Below, piece after piece: positions 25,701 through 37,342 of a stretch of 64,000 bases of DNA (positions within the stretch are counted from its first letter, which is position 1; each line of letters begins with the position of its first letter). Under the pieces are notes generated by a model. That model searched no databases, was not told where the DNA came from, and saw only the letters and a program-made list of their open reading frames with translations. This DNA comes from Saccostrea cucullata (Eukaryota). The stretch spans positions 1-64,000 of the forward strand of contig NW_026918424.1 of the NCBI RefSeq assembly GCF_032062105.1, read 5' to 3'. The position numbers were made by a program, and so were the translations under genes.

Positions 25701-28700
25701 ACATCAACCGAGTTGACGATAACATGTTTTCAACTAACGAGACATTTTAAAAGACTGATTACTAACCCTTAATTTGGATTTTTAATCTCAGTTTGCTGAT
25801 CTAAAGGTATCTGATTGCCCATAGAATAAATAGACCAGTTTGTTTGATAGAATAAACTAATTTTGAATTCTACAGAAGTTAAAATGTGATGACATATACC
25901 GAAATTTTTGTAAAATATCATTTGAAAGAGTTGTAGATCTTTTGAAGGAGAGTGATTTGGTTTGTGTTTTCTGCTTTTGATAGTATAATCAATTATCTGT
26001 CATAGATCATAAACTTTGTTTGCTGAAATACATATTGATCGTTGAAGTATGAAATTTAAAATTACCCACATTTTCTAAACACTGTTTTTCTTGCACCGAG
26101 TGTCCGATAACAACCGAGTAGCCGAGAACATGTTGAGCAGTGTGGTTATTAGCACGGGAATGAATGTCGCAGCTGTTGCAGAAAGGATACATAACTACAT
26201 GCAAGATAAAGGATGTATTCGCTTTAACAAAAGAATTGACCTATAGGAGAGAACAATTTCCCGGAAAAAAAAAACGACATTTAGAAAACAATCTTGATTT
26301 GTTGTTTTCTACCGTATATATGTCTAAATTTTTCAAATTTGTATTTGATACCTCAAATTTATTATTTACAACTTTACAATAAACCTCCAAAGTTGACCAA
26401 AAACCATTTTGTCCATAAAAGCATTGATTTTTGCATGAATTTTGGCCTTGAAGTCCTTCAGGGCAGGCCTGCCCCTAAATAAAATTGTGATATTTTGATA
26501 GGTTAGGATGTAAGGAATAAATTAAGATAAGACTTTTTTAGGGGCACCCCTGCCCTGGGGTCGAAATTCACAAAAAAACTACAAAAAAATAAGGAAACCT
26601 GATTTTCATCACCTGCTTGAAATTTATAGTCAGACTACCTCAGTTGATATAAGTGCTGACTTTTGCACCGTGGATACTTTCTTTTTAAAGTCGGGGGTTC
26701 GAATCCACCTGGTACAACACTTTAAACTGTTAAATTTCACCTTTTCAAAGACTATTTAGATTTTTTTTTATATAGATCTGTGTATTTTTCCTTCAATTAT
26801 CTATCCTTTATGCATGGCCATTCTTGATATATAAGAAACACTAAAGAGATATCAAATCGTAACAATCCAATGTACAGTTCTCAGTCAGGCGGAACGAACC
26901 TCAGTATAAGCACAATTTCTTCAAGGACAAGAATAACTCACTATGTCTTACTCAATACAGGTATTCTTGGCAGCATTGAGCTGCGATGAATTTCAGTTGT
27001 ATATATTCCTTAATTATAATTAAATCACATTGATTTTGGCTACATATTTCAGTAAATGCACTCCCTTGGATTTCATTTAGGCCTATATAATTTGCACACA
27101 TTAATGACATGTTTTATTACATCCACGGATAAATGGCCTAGACATGAAGAACAGAATTTCAGAGACAGTAGACACTACCTTTATGAACCAAGAGAAGTAA
27201 AGACAAATATCAATTAGTACATATGGAGATAACAAACTCAGAAAATCAATGAAAGGGTTCCTCCTACCTCTACTAAATGAAATAAAAATTTAGGAAAAAC
27301 AAATTATTATATGTATTTAGCCTAATGTCATTAATCGGAACGGAAATCGACAAGCTTTTTGTAGAGAAAAAAAACCAAGCACGGTTCTATAGGTCAGATC
27401 CCTATTTATAATGAAGTGATCCTTATGTTAACACGCAACATAATTAAGTAGACGTGCATCATATTTAAGTCAACATGCAAGTTAATTATGTTGACATGCA
27501 AGTTACCAATCTTATAAGAGAATATAATTTAAATATGGGTAAATTTACTTACTAACGCCTGTATAAGTAAGTAAATTTAACTATATTTAAATTATATTTT
27601 CTTATTAGATTGGTAACTTGCATGTCAACATAATTAACTTGCATGTTGACATAAATATGTTGCATGTCTATATACATAATTATGTTCATTGTTGCATGTT
27701 AAGAGCCATTCTCTGTAATGATTTGAAATTTTATATAGGAGCTGTGGCACGCATAGTCTCAGAATTTCTCCAAATTCTTTATGATAAAAGTCATTGATAC
27801 CCTAAACTGAAATCAGGCAAATATTGGTTGCTATGCTTTATAGTTGCCATGGCTACATGTCTTAAAGTTCGAAAAATGGCATTTTTAACAGGTTTAGAGC
27901 CCCATAGTTAACATTTGCGGCAAAGCAAACAATTGGCAATGGCTGTTTCCAAAAGTTGAAGGTCCGATGTCTCAAATGCATGATGAATATGTTTGGTAAA
28001 TCAACTATTACATACATTACTATGGTAACAAAATATTTAAAAGTAAAAAAAAATATTCATTGAATTTTATCAAGTCATACACGTAAAGATAAAAAGTAAT
28101 TATAGGATGAAATGTGACCAAATAATAGAAAAAAGAGCCTTGAAACATATACCAAGAACAAAATATGATATTTTATTTTGGTTGGCAATGGTTGCCAAGG
28201 TTTTTATACCACAGAGAGCCTTCAAAGTAACACTCTGTATTTTTAAAATTCAGATTAGATTCTTTAAGTAGAGCGTTGCTATGAAAATAAGCAGAAAATA
28301 TATGCTTAAAAACCTGAAAAATATTTTCTTTCCTTGGATACGTACCCTTAGATGTAGATTCCCAAAATTTTTATGATTGATATTTATTAACAGCTAACCT
28401 GACTTTTAATTTTGACTATCATCCAATCTCTAAGTGGATGCACAGGCCTTTGGATCGCTTAAAAAAATATGTGTGTATTTTGTTTTCAACACTTCAATTT
28501 TTTTCTAAGTGATCTAAAGGCCTGTGAGTGGATGCAAGAAGTTGGCACACAGGGTTTAATATTAATATAAAGTTAAAAAAATCGAACATTTTACCTTCTT
28601 GGTAAGCATAGCAACAGTGTTGTTTTCTTCATCAATTTTTTTCAATATATGATATTCAACTTCAGTTCTAACAGATAAGTACTATTCAAGCTGAGTTCTT

Positions 28701-30690
28701 TCTCTTGATTATATGGCAATTTAATTCTTAATGCAGCGAAAAATAATTCACTTTTAAGCACTGGTACTTTGTTTCCATTGTTACACTGCAAAGTAGCAAT
28801 TATACCCAATTTTTCTTATGGTTTTGGTGATGCAAGATCCTAAGGATGCATATTTGCCAGTCTTGAATTTTGATGTTTTTCCTCAAGACAGTAGCATTAA
28901 CCCAATCTTAGATACTGGTTTTGCATGGTTACACTGTGTTACAATGGCAACCATAAAAGTTATTTATAGAATAATATTCCTTATACTTATATACTTAAGG
29001 TCAAACATTTTTATTGTTTTTCTTAAGTCGTTGATTGAGTTTGAGCAAGAAACACCTACCATTAGTGAATACGGAGTGTTTTTCAGCATATTTCAGCATT
29101 TTAAATGTATTCCAAATGTACCCTTGGTTACCACTTACTTAGAGATATATTCTAAACAGTTTCTTTACAGTATAAGTGACATCAAGGTGTCATGTTTCTG
29201 TGAGAATGGTTTGTTTGCTTTTTTCTAGTTTTTATTAAGCCACAGTCAAGTGGCTGAAAATCTCGATTTTTCAAACTTTTCCGGCTGTTGCCATAGCAAC
29301 CGAGACACTTAGCAACGATATTTTGTTTGACATTTGTTTCTGGTGTCAAGTACTAAACTTGGGTGAAGTTTCATCAAAATCGGTGACCATGCGTGGCAAC
29401 GAAGTTCAAGTGGTTACAGAGAATGGCTATTAACATGATCTAATTATCTAGGGGACATAAATATGCCACCATATAAGCCATATTTCAAAATTTGAAGTTT
29501 TCCTTGAAAGATACCTTTCCATAGGTATCCATCATAATCTTCCTAATTCATAATACAACATATTGTTCGGGTACATAATTTCACAACCAATTTCACACCT
29601 AAGGCTTTCTTACAAAAGTTACTATGATTTCTTTTTCAACATCTTTGGCCTTGTGAAAAACCCCGTATTTCAGCGTGTTTAAACGTACTGAAAAACTCAT
29701 CTGGAAGATAAAACTCTTCTCTCTGCACTTACCTGTCTTCTATAAAGCATTTTATTATTAAATTATAAAATTTAAGTAAGTTCTCGTTTCAGACTGTAAG
29801 CGGAGTATGCTGGGATGGGAGTACACAGGCACAAGGGATAGGACTGTGGACGGGGTACTCTGTCAGCGCTGGGATCAACAATATCCCAATGAACACACTT
29901 ACGAGCACCTCTCAAGTGAGCACAACTATTGCAGAAACCCTGCTAAAGCATACGCTAAAGGCCCGTGGTGCTATACGACAAAGGGAGACAAACCCTGGAA
30001 TTACTGTTTTGTTCCAAAATGCGGTATGTTTCCTACACTAAGGTTACTAGGTAGTTTGGCTGGTGAGATTAACATCTTTCTTTTCAGTCGAGAAGCATCA
30101 GTTTTCAAGTTTTTTTCTCTGGCTGCCCCCCTCCCCCCACTTTCAAAAACAATGCTACATCACTGCCTTAAGTTGCATTTGCAATCTCTACAAAGTGTAT
30201 GAGAAAAATCCAGCAAAATCCAAAGATTTTTAAGACAGAGAAAAAACAATGGAATCTAAAACGGCCATTAATCCAAAAGAATTATCTTTTTTAAAAACCC
30301 TTTCAGACACCCCTTGAACATCACAATATAATATAGGATGTACAATATGCATTGCTGTAATAAGCATAAGAAAGTTTAGTTGACAATTGCAATTTTTACA
30401 GTACAGTAATGAGTTATTTATATTAAATTTATTATCTTCTTACAGTGACTGCACCACGAGAGTGTCTAACAGCAGAGAGAGGAGCAGACTACTTTGGTAC
30501 AGTGAACTTCACCGCCACGGGGATAGAGTGTCAGAGGTGGGGGGATAAGTACCCCCGGGACCATGACTACACCATTCTCAAGCAGGAAGAAAACTACTGC
30601 AGAAATCCCTTTGGAGAAAAGAAAGGTCCCTGGTGTTACACAGTGTGGGGACGATATGAATTTGATTATTGTAAAATTCCAAAATGTTAA
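19741..30690 (+). CDS. Secreted PAN/apple-kringle-kringle protein (NK2-like), copy 3, 261 aa
   Basis: Exon 1 19741-20050 (signal peptide; PAN CGLKCLEHYLCSSFF..HCKL; donor G|GTAAGG). Exon 2 29793-30023 (kringle 1, NYCRNPA..GPWCYT; donor G|GTATGT). Exon 3 30446-30690 (kringle 2, NYCRNPF..GPWCYT..CKIPKC*). All introns phase 1; 786 nt in frame; AATAAA at 30780. Confidence 0.82.
20513..22174 (-). CDS. RING-less TRIM-like protein: B-box1, B-box2, coiled coil, NHL repeats (553 aa), nested antisense in intron 1 of copy 3
   Basis: Single coding exon; CDLC..FCNNCQVSLCVDCVGKH and CKFH..HCQECDVHVCLKC..HSGH B-boxes; heptad-rich middle; NHL-type repeats (PWGLCCT..GDILVS, PLHIATDS..IIVAD, PCGLSLDSTGRLWVG). 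Acceptor 21 nt upstream of the ATG (exon starts at 22195); likely 5'UTR exon donor AAG|GTAAAG at 23149. Confidence 0.92.
   Translation of the reverse strand: MATSTSWAQEIITCDLCPKPTQQFCNNCQVSLCVDCVGKHVDKFKSQTHDIVHFTKRKIQLVFPECKFHSSQRCEAHCQECDVHVCLKCILSSHSGHKIVEMQEIFNKKKTEIENEIKETESTIIPKYEKKLKDTEGKISKIKAKFDELEKETEKHRQLWHQEVDTIFNKLGSLIKSMRENYLTHIESYQTKLNNLIPDVVHTVKQTNEILKANRVSEIICHKSKLEKYRNIPADFEDVNIPSLNTKTVQGRELSIDLGEYKAILTQQSRSHLTGETSYSSSKELLKKAKVVATIPTSDKPTYSVACLGADEAWVSGQKRIIKRLNINGSEVDSVIVRGTGRFKDISVTIQGELIYCDSDNETVNIVRHGKTETLIALPNGWCPWGLCCTMSGDILVSMSYDNCLQKVVRYQEGAVKYEINKDEDGMPILSIGAYINYVAENGNGDICVSDSNARNVVVADKSGRVRFRYDGSPAKRRKSLDPLHIATDSMRQIIVADENNDCLHILDQNGQFLMCVDNCGLYQPCGLSLDSTGRLWVGLKGSKDLKVIQYTR
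22901..23089. repeat. Palindromic repeat segment, inverted near-identical copy of 27448-27636
   Basis: About 190 bp matches the reverse complement of 27448-27636 with only a few mismatches; built from GTTGACATGCAAGTTA units. Confidence 0.85.
23211..23264 (-). promoter_or_regulatory. Putative TRIM promoter with ISRE/IRF-like and NRF1-like motifs
   Basis: ACTTTCGGTTT at 23212-23222 (minus strand AAACCGAAAGT); TGCGCATGTGCA at 23253-23264; both lie just upstream of the predicted UTR-exon donor at 23149. Confidence 0.5.
23298..26144. mobile_element. Non-autonomous CAC-ended DNA transposon with 5-bp TSD (Transib-superfamily-like)
   Basis: About 50-bp TIRs beginning CACACTGCTCAAC; GTTAT at 23293-23297 and 26145-26149; subterminal GTTATCGGA/TCCGATAAC repeats; no transposase ORF recognised. 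Confidence 0.8.
23991..24240 (+). mobile_element. tRNA-derived SINE nested in the CAC-ended element
   Basis: A-box TGGCGCAGTGATT, B-box GGTTCGTATCC, core AAGATCCCTCACTGCTCAATGGCCC, tail AAACAACATACAATCAA. Confidence 0.8.
27424..29472. mobile_element. Palindromic GTTGACATGCAA-unit MITE, left end missing, interrupted by a TTAA element
   Basis: Right end GGGGACATAAATATGCCACCATA matches the intact family member at 39242-39389. Confidence 0.6.
27703..29429. mobile_element. TTAA-flanked TIR element rich in GTTGCCATGGCAAC-like palindromes
   Basis: TIR AGCCATTCTCTGTAA / TTACAGAGAATGGCT with TTAA on both sides; GTTGCCATAGCAAC at 29287 and many degenerate copies. Confidence 0.8.
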
Positions 30691-31178
30691 AATTGCAATA
30701 CATTTAGTGTTCTACTATGCTTTTTTCTCTTCATTTGAAATGATATGTTTTCCAAACATGGAGCTTTTTGAACAATTTAAATAAAGATTTCCTTTCTTGA
30801 TGATTTAAATTTATTGAATTTTTTGAAAACCAAAGCAAAATTATTATAAGGTTATACTAAGAGTTATTCAAATTTAAATTATTTTATTGGCAAAAATAAA
30901 ATTTACAGCAGGTGTAATATTTGCATTCCAGAAATATCTTCTTTTTTTTTAATTGACATTCTCTCATTATGTATTTTGCAATTTAAACATGTTAAAATTA
31001 TTACAGGGGTATCAGCTCAAAATAATACACTGTATACTATGAAAATAGAAAATAAATAATAATACATATTCCCTCTTAAATTTCAATGAATTCACATGAA
31101 ATAAAACTGAATTCACATCTCCAAAACAAATTGCTTGCAAATCTGCTATTTACAATTACAAAAATTCAAGTAGTTTTT

Positions 31179-34100
31179 TCACCTCCAATAAGCATAAGGA
31201 TTAATTTTATATTTACGCTGACATTGAGGTGAACATAAAAACAAAAGGACAGGGACGTCAGTTCTTCCCTGAAGGTCTACCGCAGAAACCGTGGGTGAAA
31301 GTGTCTTCAATGAGAATGAGGTCATTGCTCGTACACAGCCCTCGAAACAGAACCCCCCACACCAGCAAACTCGAGCCGAGTCTAGGTAGCGACACAAATG
31401 AGTATGCAGGTCTTCATCACTGTATGGCAACCTGAAAAATTAATATCTATTAAATACTAGTATTTCTTGTTTATGGCAAAGGGCAAGGTCAATAAATTTG
31501 AATCAACAGCCTTTGCGATTAATACTGGCAAATTGAATCTACCGGTAAATATTCTTACTTCAAACATTTGCATCAATTAAAAAAATTGTCTTTTATTTCT
31601 TAGATTAGAAACAAGATAATACAGACTAAAAAATCAGGTACATAAGTACCAACAATCAATAATGTGTACATTTGATATTTATTGTTTTATGAATCCCCTG
31701 GGAAATCAACCATTTCTAATCAAAGTCTGTAATGCTTCTGATATTATTCTAATCATTCTACACTTATCTGATTCCTTGATATATCCACAAGTTTTTCATG
31801 CTAATCATCACAAAGAAAAGAAAGATTATCTTAAAGTTTACATTTATCAAAATTTTTTCCATTTTTCTTGGAGAAGAAAAAAAGGCACAAAGGTAAGTAA
31901 ATCTTTCTTCATATTTATTCATTTCTGACCTCTAACTAACCAACCTATCCTCATAAACATAAAAAAATGTACCAGTGCTTCAAATTATGACATATAAAAT
32001 TGAATTGTACACATATATTTAGAATTTTTGATAAAGATTGAATCTTTAGGCATAAGTATTATATTACAAGGCAAAAGTGGTTTTATTTTCTATTCACAAT
32101 CTTGAAAGCAAGGAATGAGTTGCAGAGCTGAAAAAATTACCACTTCTCGATCTCTAAAAGAGGGAAAGGGAAAATTCAATCTTTCCAGGCTTTTTAAAAA
32201 TAAATAAAAAATACCCATTTATATTCACTGTAAATTCAATACATTATTCATACATTAAAGTGTTCTTAAATTTTCTTGAATTTTTTTCCCTTGAAACTTA
32301 AGTTAGTATTTTTATATTTTTTTCATAAATCAAATTTATTTAGCATTAATCACTTTATATTATATTCAATTCTGCCATAAAATTCATTCAACTCTATCAT
32401 GCAGAATTCTGAGTTTATACTTCTGAAAAATTGTTACATGTAATGGGAATTGAAAGTGTAACTGCAAGGGAGAAATTACCGTATTAAAAATTCAGCTTAA
32501 TGAGCAAATTGATCAATTAACCAGAAGTCTCTGTCGAGACTGAAGCTCTACTGGTTTGAACTTGTAGCAAAGGAAGAGAAAAGTCCTTAAGCAGCTGGGA
32601 TTTGAAACTTTACAACAGCAATAAATAGAATAATGATTGTTGATAAAGTCTCTTTATGTTCTTAGTGTAGTCTACTTGTGTGCCAAGATATATTGAAATC
32701 AGACCAAAACTGTAGGAGGAGTAGCATTTTGAAACAATTTTACAGATATTTCTATTTTTAGTAACAACGGCAACACCGTTCATCGAAATCAAAAACCGAT
32801 ACACAGATTTATGTATCTTAGTGTAGTCTACTTGTGTGCCAAGTTATACTGAAATCAGACCAAAACTGTAGGAGGAGTAGCATTTTGAAAGAATTTCACA
32901 GAAATTTCTATTTTTAGTAACCACGGCAACACCGTTCATCAAAATCAAAAACCGATATACAGAATTATTATCTTAGTGTATTCTACTTGTGTGCCAAGTT
33001 ATACTGAAATCAGACCAAAACTGTAGGAAAAGTAGCATTTTAAAAGAATTTCACAGAAATTTCTATTTTTAGTAACCACGGCAACACCCTTCATCGAAAT
33101 CAAAAACCGATACACAGAATTATGTATCTTAGTGTATTCTACTTGTGTGCCAAGTTATATTGAAATCAGACCAAAACTGTAGGAGGAGTAGCATTTTGAA
33201 AGAATTTCACAGAAATTTCTATTTTTAGTAACCACGTAAACACCGTTCATCGAAAATAAAAACCGATAAACAGAATTATGTATCTTAGTGTATTCTACTT
33301 GTGTGCCAAGTTATATTGAAATCAGACTAAAACTGTAGGAGGAGTAGCATTTTGAAAGAATTTCACAGAAATTTCTATTTTTAGTAACCACGGCAACACC
33401 GTTCATCGAAATCAAAAACCGATACACAGAATTATGTATCTTAGTGTAGTCTACTTGTGTGCCAAGTTATATTGAAATTAGACCAAAACTGTAGGAGGAG
33501 TAGCATTTTGAAAAATTGTTTACAGACAGACGGACAGACGGACGGACGCCGGACGCATTACTATCGCATAAGCTCTTCTGGTCTCTGACCAGTAGAGCTA
33601 AAAATTACTCTGTTTTATAATTAGTAAATCAATGGCAAAACCAGAAGTCTCTGTCGAGACTGAAGCTCTACTGGTTTGTACTTATAGCAAAGGAAGAGAA
33701 AAGTACTTAAGCAGTTGGAAATTGAAACTTTTCAACAGCAATAAATAGAATAATGATCCTTGATTAAGTCTCTTTATGTTCTTAGTGCAGTCTACTTGCA
33801 TGCCACATTTATATTATAATCAAACTAAAATAGTATTTGGAGTAGCATTTTGAAAGAATTTCACAGAAATTTCTATTTTTAGTAACCACGGCAACACCGT
33901 TCATCGAAATCAAAAACCGATACACAGAATTGTGTATCTTAGTGTAGTCTACTTGTGTGCCAAGTTATATTGAAATCAGACCAAAACTGTAGGAGGAGTA
34001 GCATTTTGAAAGAATTTCACAGAAATTTCTATTTTTAGTAACCACGGCAACACCGTTCAACGAAATCAAAAACCGATATATAGAATTGTGTATCTTAGTG

Positions 34101-34795
34101 TAGTCTGCTTGTGTGCCAAGTTATATTGAAATCAGACTAAAACTGTAGGAGGAGTAGCATTTTGAAAGAATTTCACAGAAATTTCTATTTTTAGTAACCA
34201 CGGCAACACCGTTCATCGAAATCAAAAACCGATACACAGAATTATGTATCTTAGTGTAGTCTACTTGTGTGCCAAGTTATATTGAAATCAGACCAAAATT
34301 GTAGGAGAAGTAGCATTTTGAAAGAATTTCACAGAAATTTCTATTTTTAGTAACCACGGCAACACCGTTCAACGAAATCAAAAACCGATACACAGAATTG
34401 TGTATCTTAGTGTTGTCTACTTGTGTGCCAAGTTATATTGAAATCAGACCAAAACTGTAGGAGGAGTAGCATTTTGAAAGAATTTCACAGAAATTTCTAT
34501 TTTTAGTAACCACGGCAACACCGTTCATCGAAATCAAAAACCGATACACAGAATTATGTATCTTAGTGTAGTCTACTTTTGTGCCAAGTTATATTGAAAT
34601 CAGACCAAAACTGTAGGAGGAGTAGCATTTTGAAAGAATTTCACAGAAATTTCTATTTTTAGTAACCACGGCAACACCGTTCATCGAAATCAAAAACCGA
34701 TACACAGAATTATGTATCTTAGTGTAGTCTACTTGTGTGCCAAGTTATATTGAAATCAGACCAAAACTGTAGGAGGAGTAGCATTTTGAAAAATT

Positions 34796-34842
<47 letters not shown>

Positions 34843-37288
34843 GACGGACGGACGACGGACGCATTACTATCGCATAAGCTCTTCTGGTCTCTGACCAGTA
34901 GAGCTAAAAATATACTCTCAACCAGAACTGATGAGAGTTTATACCTATTTTTTTTAATCATCCTCCCACAACAACCAGAACTGATGAGAGTTTATACCTA
35001 TTTTTTTTTTTAATCATTCTCCTACAACAACCAGAAATGATGAGAGTTTATACCTATTTTTCTGATCATCTTCCCACAACAACCAGAACTGATGAGAGTT
35101 TATACCTATTTTTTTTAATCATCCTCCCACAACAACCAGAACTGATGAGAGTTTATACCTATTTTTTTTAATCATCCTCCCACAACAACCAGAACTGATG
35201 AGAGTTTTTACCTATTTTTTCTTATCATCCTCCCACAACATTCCACTAGAGAGGGCACCTGCCATTCTGTCTCTTCAAGATCACTCTTTGTAACATCAGC
35301 AAATGGGTTACTAAACAGATCGAGATGTTCAAGACGTAACTGCATAAAACTACACGGAAGTGTTTCTATCTTGTTATGGCTGGCTGAAAGGTATTTCAGT
35401 TTTTTGAGTCTTCCAATGGTGGGTGGAAAGGTCTCCAGCTTGTTGTGGTCTACCTTTAGTGTCACAAGATTATCCAGTTCACAGAGCTGAATGGGCAGAA
35501 GATTTATAAGGTTGTTACTGAGGTCTAATAAAGAGAGAGTCTCCTTCCAATTTGGCAGTAGGCAGAGAGAGGAAGGAAGTGTCTGTATCTTGTTTGTGGA
35601 AAGTATGAGCTCTCGTAAACTCGTGAGTTGAGAAAATGTCGGGGGTAACTCTTCAATGACATTTTCTTGTAAGTCTAAATGAATAAGCTTTTTTAGTTGA
35701 AATATTCTGGAGTCTATTTTCTTCATTCGACACTGAGAAATGTGAAGATGCTCCAGCAGTGAAGGGAAGCTTTTTGTGAGAGGATAGTTTTTTTTGGACG
35801 TTACTGACATTTTTGTTTTCGGTTTGTCGACACTTTTGGTACTTGCAGGTGCCAGTGTGGACAGGCTGATTCTTTCTATATCCTGACCTAGGGATGCCTT
35901 CCGTAGCAATGTCAGGAAATTTTTCAGCTGAAGTGGATCAGCCTAAACAAGAGAAACAAGACAAGATTTTCTTAACTGCAATTATTAAAATAAACACATA
36001 CATGTATTAGTCAAATGAATTTTCAAAAAGGTTTTTACATATTTTTTTTATTAATCTCTGTTTGCATTTTAAGCACTATCGATATTTTTATGTATGAATT
36101 CTGCTAAAAGTATATAACCAGAAGTCTCTGTCGAGACTGTAGCTCTACTGGTTTATACTTAAAACAAAGGAAGAGAAAAATAGCAGTTGGGACTTGAGAC
36201 TTTAAATCAGCAATAAATAGAAAAATGATCCTTGCTACTCATCAAAATAAAAACCAATGCACAGAATTATGTATCTTAGTATAGTCTACTTGTGTGCCAA
36301 GTTATACTGAAATCAGACCAAAACTGCAGGAGGAGTAGCATTTTGAAAGAATTTCACAGAAATTTCTATTTTTAGTAACCAAGGCAACACCGTTCATTGA
36401 AATCAAAAACCGATGCATAAAATTATGTATTTTAGTGTAGTCTACTTGTGTGCCAAGTTATAATGAAATTGGACCAAATCTGTAGGAGGAGTAGCATTTT
36501 GAAAGAATTTCACAGAAATTTCTATTTTTAGTAACCACGGCAACACCGTTTATCGAAATCAAAAACTGATATACAGAATTGTGTATCTTAGTGTAGTCTA
36601 CTTGTGTGCCAAGTTATACTGAAATCAGACTAAAACTGTAGGAGGAGTAGCATTTTGAAAGAATTTCACAGAAATTTCTATTATTAGTAACCACGGCAAC
36701 ACCGTTCATCGAAATCAAAAACTGATACATAGAATTATGTATCTTATTGTAGTCTACTTGTGTGCCAAGTTATATTGAAATCAGACTAAAACTGTAGAAG
36801 GAGTAGCATTTTGAAAGAATTTCACAGAAATTTCTATTTTTAGTAACCACGGCAACACCGTTCATCGAAATCAAAAACTGATACACAGAATTATGTATCT
36901 TATTGTAGTCTACTTGTGTGCCAAGTTATATTGAAATCAGACTAAAACTGTAGAAGGAGTAGCATTTTGAAAGAATTTCACAGAAATTTCTATTTTTAGT
37001 AACCACGGCAACACCGTTCATCGAAATTAAAAACCGATACACGGAATTGTGTATCTTAGTGTAGTCCACTTGTGTGCCAAGTTAAATTGAAATCAGACTA
37101 AAACTATAGGAGGAGTAGCATTTTGAAAGAATTTCACAGAAATTTCTATTTTTAGTAACCACGGCAACACCGTTCATCGAAATCAAAAACCGATACACAG
37201 AATTATGTATCTTAGTGTAGTCTACTTGTGTGCCAAGTTATATTGAAATCAGACTAAAACTGTAGGAGGAGTAGCATTTTGAAAAATT

Positions 37289-37342
<54 letters not shown>

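Noticed and set aside
28818-29228. 136-aa ORF inside the TTAA element
   Set aside because: No transposase or other recognisable motif; composition typical of chance AT-rich ORFs.
29793-30690. Calling the kringle exons plasminogen, HGF or apolipoprotein(a)
   Set aside because: The gene ends after the second kringle and no protease domain exists in the window, so orthology cannot be claimed.
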